The notes below the pieces were generated by a model. The model worked only from the letters and a program-made list of their open reading frames with translations. It was not told where the DNA came from and made no database searches. Below, piece after piece: positions 57,674-64,000 of a stretch of DNA of 64,000 bases. Source of the DNA: an uncultured Pseudomonadales bacterium (GTDB taxonomy: Bacteria > Patescibacteriota > Microgenomatia > UBA1400 > PJMF01); the NCBI GenBank assembly GCA_964637295.1, contig CAZWWE010000003.1:37565-101564 (forward strand), given 5' to 3'. A program made the position numbers and the translations under genes. The first letter of the stretch is position 1. Every line of letters starts with the position of its first letter.

Positions 57674-58360
57674 TTAATTTTCGCTAATGGTGATGGAGCT
57701 AATCGTCACCGGTTCGACTGGTTTAGATAATTCACCACTAAAACTATTGGTAACGGCAGCGGTGGCAATTTTGTCTACAGTTTCTAGTCCACTGACGACT
57801 TGACCAAAAATGACGTAGTTTGGTTGTAATCCATAATCTTGATGCATGATGAAAAATTGGCTACCGTTGGTGTTTGGCCCAGAGTTGGCCATAGCCACAG
57901 TGCCACGCTTATATTCACCGGTAAATTTTTCGTCAGCAAATTGATAGCCTGGTCCGCCAGTGCCATCGCCCCGAGGGTCGCCACCTTGAATCATGAAGCC
58001 ATCAATGACGCGATGAAAAATAGTGTTGTCATAAAATTTGTTTTGGGCTAAATAGAGAAAATTATTAGCAGTAATGGGAGTTTCCTTAGTATTGAGACTG
58101 ATCGTGATATCTCCAGCACTTGTATGGAGAGTGGCTTGATATTGTTTAGTTTGATCGATGATCATTTCTGGCTGATTCATTTTTTTATTGGCTGACAGAC
58201 TAGCTGGCATGCTCTCTTCTTTCTCTTGGTAATTAATATTGAGTTGGCCATCGGTTTGTTTGTCGATTTTTTTGTTCATTTTTTTAATGCTCAGAGTGCC
58301 GACGAAGAACAAAAAAATGAGCAATACGGTAATTAGTAAGTAATCTTTTTTCATAAGCAA
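57674..58360 (-). CDS. Cyclophilin-type peptidyl-prolyl cis-trans isomerase, membrane-anchored
   Basis: FHRVIDGFMIQGGDP and related cyclophilin motifs, with an N-terminal transmembrane anchor. Confidence 0.88.
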   Translation of the reverse strand: MLMKKDYLLITVLLIFLFFVGTLSIKKMNKKIDKQTDGQLNINYQEKEESMPASLSANKKMNQPEMIIDQTKQYQATLHTSAGDITISLNTKETPITANNFLYLAQNKFYDNTIFHRVIDGFMIQGGDPRGDGTGGPGYQFADEKFTGEYKRGTVAMANSGPNTNGSQFFIMHQDYGLQPNYVIFGQVVSGLETVDKIATAAVTNSFSGELSKPVEPVTISSITISEN

Positions 58361-58417
58361 GACGCCTAGTATATACTAAGCTTTTTTGAAAAAGCAAGAC
58401 AAATAGCCAATCTTATT

Positions 58418-59266
58418 TCAAGCTTGTAGTTTAAGATTTCTTTTGGCCAAAAATCTGGCTATCATTGGAGCTGCTTTTTCTCGCAAAACGTTTTTAGTGT
58501 TCAGTAGAACTCCGTCCATGTCGACAATCAAGTAAATTTTTTGTTCTTGGCTTAAATTTTGTAAAAAGTTTAAGCAAGCTAAACAATTTTTAGCAGGATC
58601 ATTTAAATCGATTAAAAAAGTCTGCACTGTTAAATTTTTTTGTTCAGCTATCCATGTTTTTAATTGTGGATCGAGTTGTAAGTTTTTGTTTTTATCGTCG
58701 ATGATGACAATTGTAATTTTTTCTGACTGCGCTTGTTCATTTTCTTGCACTGCTCTACTTTGAATTCCACTAATAATTGATTGGAGCGCTTGGGTTTTTT
58801 CTCTTTCTATCAACCTTTTTTGTATAGGCATTTGCTCTAGGCCAGTTAATTGAAGTTTACGATTTTGCCAAATCAAATCTCCCTCTGACCACAAAACAAA
58901 ATTAGCATCAATCGCTAGCAATGCTTTGGCAAAGCTGGTGGCACCAGTTTTTATTAGAGCTTGTTGATTGAAGCAGCGTTCGATGATTTCTTGAATTTGT
59001 TGAGTGGTGGCCTCATCAATTGAGGGTTCAAGCAGGGCGCAGAGGCGAGCAAGGCTTTTTTTCCAAGAGAACACTTCTGTGTTTTCATCAAAAACATACC
59101 ATTGGTTTTTATCGCTGATTAATGTTTTAATTTGCTTGGTGTATCTATTAATTTCATTTAGATATCTGAAAGCTTCTGCGGGGTCGGCTGGTTTTTCTGG
59201 AGCATCTTTCAAGCTAACAGCCAGGCCAACAGGAGCTTGGTTTTGGTATTCAGATGCTTGTATCAC
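58418..59266 (-). CDS. Hypothetical protein with an HAD-motif-I-like sequence at its C-terminus
   Basis: No N-terminal motif. The C-terminal LIVDMDGVLLNTKNVLREKAAPMIARF resembles the N-terminus of the 16820..17404 HAD-like protein. Confidence 0.4.
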   Translation of the reverse strand: MIQASEYQNQAPVGLAVSLKDAPEKPADPAEAFRYLNEINRYTKQIKTLISDKNQWYVFDENTEVFSWKKSLARLCALLEPSIDEATTQQIQEIIERCFNQQALIKTGATSFAKALLAIDANFVLWSEGDLIWQNRKLQLTGLEQMPIQKRLIEREKTQALQSIISGIQSRAVQENEQAQSEKITIVIIDDKNKNLQLDPQLKTWIAEQKNLTVQTFLIDLNDPAKNCLACLNFLQNLSQEQKIYLIVDMDGVLLNTKNVLREKAAPMIARFLAKRNLKLQA

Positions 59267-59336
59267 GGTTATCCTAGATTTTTTTTGTAGATGATGGTGC
59301 GCAGAAAGGCCATTAAGAAAAAATCTGCATAGATAT

Positions 59337-60479
59337 TTATACCACTTTTGATCCCATTTTTCGAGGCAGTCGATAGCCTGGATTAAAACCAGGCGTTTCT
59401 ATTCTGGGCCTTTCCATTTTTCGTGGAGTCTTTTTATCAAGTCTTACCGCACCATAAGCAAAACGGGCTGGCCGAGCACTTTTGAACTTATTTGGCCACT
59501 TAACTTTTTTCTTGACCAGATTGGGATCATTAGTAATTTGTTCAAACAATTCTTTTTCTTGGTCAGATAGAACTCGATAATTGGCGGTCATTAATCTTTC
59601 TAAGATTTTAGTTTTTTCTTTTTCGTCCTTTAGCAATTTTTGATAAAACTTAGTGTCTTCAAAACTTAAAGCTGGAGTAGTTAAAACTTGCTCGATTCGC
59701 GCTTGCTCTTTTAGGCTGGCATCATATAGGTTCATATAGTAAAAAATTGGAAAAAGACTTGATTTATCTGGAGAAAAACCTTGCTCATCAAGCAAAATAG
59801 CGATGCTTGGCCAATTGAAACCATCATCTAAATCTGTTTCAATCCATTTTTTTTCTTGATCTGCATCCATATAAGCATGGGTGACTAGATTGCTGAAATA
59901 TTTAGCCTCAATCGCTTGCGGATCTCCACAAAGCTCTCCTGTACAGCGCCAGAAGCTACTGACTTTGCCCTCACTTTGACGATCGGCAAATTGTTGGTAG
60001 ACCATGATTTGCGCAGCAAGCTCTCTCATTTTATTTAGCTCATCGCTTTCTTTGTTGCCCAAAACGATGACTGTTTGGCACCAATCAGCGAACAATGATG
60101 ACCAGCAAATCGGTTTATAAGCTATTGAAGTCGGTAAGCTAGCATTTTGAGAGTTCCAAGCGATTATTTGCAAGTCTTCTTCAGTCACCGCCTCCAGAGT
60201 TCTTAAAATTTTTTGCTCAATCAATTTTTGGCTATCTGGATTAATTTGGGAATCATTTTTGACTCGCTGAATAATTGCTTTTAAATTCAATCGAATCTCT
60301 CTTGTTTCAAACTCGTCATAACAATGACCTTGTAATAGAGGATTTTCGAATTTTTGGCAACTGCTGGTTTTTTCAGCGTATTCTGCAATGAGGAATAATA
60401 TATAACAGGCCAACATCATTATAAAAATGCTAGTGGCTGTTTCTGTTGCTTTAATTTTTTCAGATTTAGACATGCTCAC
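59337..60479 (-). CDS. Membrane-anchored hypothetical protein, paralogue of the downstream gene and lacking its HExxH
   Basis: N-terminal transmembrane segment. It aligns with the 60553..61692 protein over the whole length (ILLDEQGFSPDKSSLF versus ILLDEKGLSPDKSALF), but the HELAHH position reads QIMVYQ. Confidence 0.5.
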   Translation of the reverse strand: MSMSKSEKIKATETATSIFIMMLACYILFLIAEYAEKTSSCQKFENPLLQGHCYDEFETREIRLNLKAIIQRVKNDSQINPDSQKLIEQKILRTLEAVTEEDLQIIAWNSQNASLPTSIAYKPICWSSLFADWCQTVIVLGNKESDELNKMRELAAQIMVYQQFADRQSEGKVSSFWRCTGELCGDPQAIEAKYFSNLVTHAYMDADQEKKWIETDLDDGFNWPSIAILLDEQGFSPDKSSLFPIFYYMNLYDASLKEQARIEQVLTTPALSFEDTKFYQKLLKDEKEKTKILERLMTANYRVLSDQEKELFEQITNDPNLVKKKVKWPNKFKSARPARFAYGAVRLDKKTPRKMERPRIETPGFNPGYRLPRKMGSKVV

Positions 60480-60552
60480 CTTTGTTTTTTTGGTTTAAAT
60501 ATCAACTAAATGATGAGCAGGTTTTTTTGCTAGCTTTGGAATTATAGCACGC

Positions 60553-61692
60553 TTAATCAATTGTTTGATTGTTTGTTTCTAAACTGATTAGACGACTCGG
60601 ACTTTCAGGAGTAAGAGAAGTTGCCATTGGTTGATTTGATTCTGTGCCACTTATTTCATTGTCTAAAATAATTCTGTTGATAACTAAATTAGGATCAGTG
60701 ACAATTTGTTTGTAAAGTTCTTGTTCTTCTGGCGTTAATGTGGCGTAATTTTCTTCCATGAGTTCGACTAAAAGTCGCATATATCTTTCAATGTTTGGTA
60801 AATCTTGGCGATATAATTGCAAATCTTCTTCATTCATCGTTGCTTGACCTTTTGCTAGAATTTCTTCGGTTAAGCGATATTGCTCTGCACTTAAGTTATA
60901 CAAGCTCATATATTCAAAAATTGCAAAAAGTGCTGATTTATCAGGAGAAAGCCCTTTCTCGTCAAGCAAGATGGCAACATTGGGCAAATTAATGCCAATT
61001 TGTGTGTCCTCATTTGTCCAGGTATTTTTATCCTCCAGATCTCTAAAGGCGTACTGAACAAGATTTGACAAAAATTCTGGCATAATTTCTAACTCTAATT
61101 CACATTTCCCTCCACTAGGACAAACTATAAATTCATCAGCCTCGCCTGTTTCTTGCTTTTTAACTAACTGTTGATGGTGAGCTAGTTCGTGAACGAGAGA
61201 GGAGAAATAGTCGCCTGGCTTTTTTAAATCATCCATGTCGATAATGACGGTATGTTCACAATGTAAGCCCAAGCGTTTTTCTATAGCAGTACAATCGCCG
61301 AAAGAAATCATTGGGGTCACATCAGTTTTTGAAGCAGTCCAATCTACTATACGTAATTTATCTTGCGTGATTGCTTGTGCTGCAAGCTCTAGCACTTCAG
61401 TGATTTTTGCTTTGCTTGTCGGACTGATTTCCTGATGAAAATTTAAGCGATCTAGAATAATTTGAAAAATTTTATTCGGATCATCAACTTCTTCAAGACA
61501 ATGCTCTTGGAACAATAAATTTTTTGGAGCATCACAATCTCGATTTTCCTCAAGAATTTCTCCAATCCACCACAATAAAGCTAAGATAATAACAATCTTG
61601 ATGATGTTGCCAGTAACTTCAACTGTTTTTTTGATTTCCGCCATATTTGTCTTTCTAAACGAAGCTTTCGCATTTGCTTCGTTTTTTGACAA
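60553..61692 (-). CDS. Membrane-anchored putative zinc metallopeptidase (HExxH), paralogue of the upstream gene
   Basis: N-terminal transmembrane segment. SLVHELAHHQQ is an HExxH motif, and CPSGGKCELE is a conserved Cys pair. Confidence 0.5.
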   Translation of the reverse strand: MSKNEANAKASFRKTNMAEIKKTVEVTGNIIKIVIILALLWWIGEILEENRDCDAPKNLLFQEHCLEEVDDPNKIFQIILDRLNFHQEISPTSKAKITEVLELAAQAITQDKLRIVDWTASKTDVTPMISFGDCTAIEKRLGLHCEHTVIIDMDDLKKPGDYFSSLVHELAHHQQLVKKQETGEADEFIVCPSGGKCELELEIMPEFLSNLVQYAFRDLEDKNTWTNEDTQIGINLPNVAILLDEKGLSPDKSALFAIFEYMSLYNLSAEQYRLTEEILAKGQATMNEEDLQLYRQDLPNIERYMRLLVELMEENYATLTPEEQELYKQIVTDPNLVINRIILDNEISGTESNQPMATSLTPESPSRLISLETNNQTID

Positions 61693-61865
61693 GACGGGAA
61701 TTATAACACAATTTAGACAGATAGATAGATCTAAATTAAATAAAACAACAGTTAAAATTTTTGACCCTAGAGTCTACGGGAATTTTCAAGTGTGATGGTA
61801 CAAGTAAATGAAGTGATAGTTTTTTTAAAATGGATAATCAATTGAAATTCAAGTAAGATTAAATT

Positions 61866-63017
61866 ATGGAAAAAACTCCTCTTAACGAAGCCAAAGAAGT
61901 AATTGAAGAAATTGTTGAAGAAGTAAAACCAGAATCGAAAAAAAATTATAGTAAGTTGATTATTGGTTTATTGATAGCCATCGTGCTGATTTTAATTGCT
62001 TTGGTGTTTTTTTTGATAAAAAAATCTGGACTTTATATTCAAAATAATGTTATTAGTGAAGCTCCAGGGGTTGAGCAGGTTTTCGTTTCGCCAGTCGCAC
62101 CAACAGACACGAGCTCATGGGCTACTTATACAGACAAGGAAGCTGGTTTTTCCTTTAAATATCCTCCAGACAGAGTTTTGGTCAATTATTCTGAGACAGA
62201 TGAAGTGGATGGGCTTTTTTTATCGGTTGCAGCGGAAAAATTAGCTGATATTCCTGAAGATCTACCTTCATTTATGGGACGTAAAGACGCTTTATTAGAA
62301 AAAGAATTGCTAGACAATGGAAAAGCAGTCGGCGCGGTCAAGATCGGTTCATTGAGTGGAAATGTTTCTTCAGAATATTCTAGGTTTGAAGTGTGTAGTG
62401 TATTTTTTGCCAGAAAATTAAAATTTTACCCAGGCGAGTATCGCGTGATGCTGATTTTAACTGCTCCTAAAGAAAGAGTTGTAGATGAAATGCCAGAGTT
62501 TTTCCAAATTGATGAGGCTAATTGTGGTTCGCAAAAAATGTGGAAACTTGATCAGAGGGAAAATTTTGATGATCTGTTACAAAAAAATCAAGGACAAGGC
62601 ATTGCGCAGGAATGGTACAACACCTTTAATGACATAGTTAAAACTATTGAGTTATTTGAGCCAGCTAAAGCTGTTCCAAGCTCAACCCCGACTCAAGCAT
62701 TAAATGATGTTTTAACCTACACAAATGATCTGTATAAATTCAAATTGAATTATGAGACTCCCTATCGTGTTTTAACAAGCAAGGATGATTTATATGGTCA
62801 TCCAAACGGAATAGCTCTGATTTACGCAGGTGGGCAGGCTTACGACATTGTTATCGAGGTCTGGAATAGTAAGGCAGCTTATGAAAAAGAATATACCGGA
62901 AGACTCTCTGATCTAAAAGTAGTTGAAAGTGCTGGTAAATTTATTACTTTTTTAAATAATACATCTTCAGCAGAAAATCAGAAAATTATTGATTCAGTAA
63001 AAATGATAGCTGAGTAA
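61866..63017 (+). CDS. Hypothetical protein with an N-terminal membrane anchor and an extracytoplasmic domain
   Basis: Acidic N-terminus, one transmembrane helix and a ~300-aa domain with no recognisable motif. Confidence 0.4.
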   Translation: MEKTPLNEAKEVIEEIVEEVKPESKKNYSKLIIGLLIAIVLILIALVFFLIKKSGLYIQNNVISEAPGVEQVFVSPVAPTDTSSWATYTDKEAGFSFKYPPDRVLVNYSETDEVDGLFLSVAAEKLADIPEDLPSFMGRKDALLEKELLDNGKAVGAVKIGSLSGNVSSEYSRFEVCSVFFARKLKFYPGEYRVMLILTAPKERVVDEMPEFFQIDEANCGSQKMWKLDQRENFDDLLQKNQGQGIAQEWYNTFNDIVKTIELFEPAKAVPSSTPTQALNDVLTYTNDLYKFKLNYETPYRVLTSKDDLYGHPNGIALIYAGGQAYDIVIEVWNSKAAYEKEYTGRLSDLKVVESAGKFITFLNNTSSAENQKIIDSVKMIAE

Positions 63018-63032
63018 ATATACAGGTGAAAA

Positions 63033-63827
63033 ATGAAATCTAGTTTTCAAGCTAATTTTTCTTTAGTGAAGTTTTTATTAATTGTGATCTTTTTTTCATG
63101 GCCATTTCAGATCGCCTATCCTTTTTTAGGTGAGTCATATCGTTATTTATTATTGATATCGATGACCATGGTGGCGGTGGCCACCTACATATCTGGTAAA
63201 TTTGTTTTTAGGGATGGTTTTCAGGGTGCTGGATGGCAATTGGGAAAGCCCAAGCATTATTTATTATCATTGCTTTTAGCCTTGTTTTTGTGGCTTTTTC
63301 CAAGCATTATTGAGAGAGGTTTGGGAATACATCAACCTATTCGGGAATGGTCAACTAGTGAGTTCATTTTAACTTTTTTGCAAAGTTTTTTGATTACTTT
63401 AATCCCGGCTTTTAGCGAAGAATTTGCTTGGCGAGGCTATCTTTTACCTAGACTATTTGATCGCTATAGCAAGCGTCGAGCTCTATTGCTTCACGGATTG
63501 CTTACATGGACTTGGCACTTACCCGTACTTATTTTTATGGGTTGGCAAATGAACAATAGTTCGCCCGCGATTTCCGTTCTTGTCGTATTACTTGTCAGCC
63601 TCATACCAACAATTTTTCATGCCATCGTATTCGCATATATTTGGCATGCTTCAAACAGTTTGCTAGTATCCACTGTTTATCATTCTAGTTTTGATGAGGT
63701 AAGAGACAGCTTGGAAAATTCAATAGGACTTGGAGCGTTGGGGCAAAATTGGCAAATGCTAGTTTTGGTTATTTTAGGAGCTTTTATACTTTGGAAAGCT
63801 CAATGGAAAAAAGAAGAATGTATTTAA
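63033..63827 (+). CDS. CPBP-family (CAAX protease / Abi) intramembrane metalloprotease
   Basis: SEEFAWRGYLLPRL is motif 1 (EExxxR), with later FHAIVFAYIWHASN His motifs. The protein is polytopic. Confidence 0.7.
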   Translation: MKSSFQANFSLVKFLLIVIFFSWPFQIAYPFLGESYRYLLLISMTMVAVATYISGKFVFRDGFQGAGWQLGKPKHYLLSLLLALFLWLFPSIIERGLGIHQPIREWSTSEFILTFLQSFLITLIPAFSEEFAWRGYLLPRLFDRYSKRRALLLHGLLTWTWHLPVLIFMGWQMNNSSPAISVLVVLLVSLIPTIFHAIVFAYIWHASNSLLVSTVYHSSFDEVRDSLENSIGLGALGQNWQMLVLVILGAFILWKAQWKKEECI

Positions 63828-64000
63828 ATGACAAAGATTACGCTTCTCTTAAAATCATTAAAGTCACTCATACAGTCATCTGGCTTGTGATGTTTTAATT
63901 TGTTTGTTATTATTTTTGAAAAATATTATTCTTCTGTTAGCTTCAAACAATGATTTGCATTATCTATATTAGATTGCAATGAATCAAACATGCTAACCTG

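Overview
This 64-kb window looks like part of a small, low-GC genome from a CPR/Patescibacteria-like bacterium. It is densely packed, mostly with housekeeping genes, and several proteins are shorter than their canonical forms. A 16S rRNA gene on the minus strand carries a ~0.9-kb intron that encodes a LAGLIDADG homing endonuclease. Features I can support directly from the sequence:

- **Translation and ribosome:** pheS, pheT, infC-rpmI-rplT, a truncated trigger factor, and tRNA-Val, tRNA-Ile, tRNA-Arg and tRNA-His.
- **Central metabolism:** gap, tpiA, pyk, a histidine-phosphatase-family protein, a flavodoxin and a two-subunit 2-oxoacid:ferredoxin oxidoreductase.
- **DNA repair and housekeeping:** uvrD, a contiguous uvrB-uvrA-(inserted gene)-uvrC block, lon and pyrH.
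- **Cell envelope:** a FemAB-family aminoacyltransferase, four GT-C-type membrane glycosyltransferase-like proteins, an NDP-sugar pyrophosphorylase, and SIMPL and PEGA-like exported proteins.
- **16S rRNA gene (minus strand, ~24.05-26.44 kb):** it is followed only by tRNA-Ile and then lon, with no 23S. Its leader has a good sigma70-like promoter and a boxA element, plus 18-bp inverted and 27-bp direct repeats.

The most unusual loci are:
1. The intron in the 16S rRNA gene carrying the homing endonuclease.
2. A six-gene operon of exported or anchored surface proteins with two alternating paralogue pairs (A1-B1-A2-B2). It sits divergent from the rRNA promoter and resembles a WxL/DUF916-like surface-complex architecture.
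3. A predicted peptide-ligase/peptidase cluster with two ATP-grasp ligases and a DUF1704 (QEGLA/HExxH) zincin. Next to it lie a polytopic membrane protein, a holin-like protein and a transglutaminase-like exported protein inserted between uvrA and uvrC.
4. An AT-rich radical-SAM gene directly downstream of tRNA-Arg and tRNA-His.
5. Tandem paralogues in which only one copy keeps an HExxH motif.

I saw no CRISPR array, transposase or integrase. All functional calls rest on motif recognition by eye. I ran no searches.
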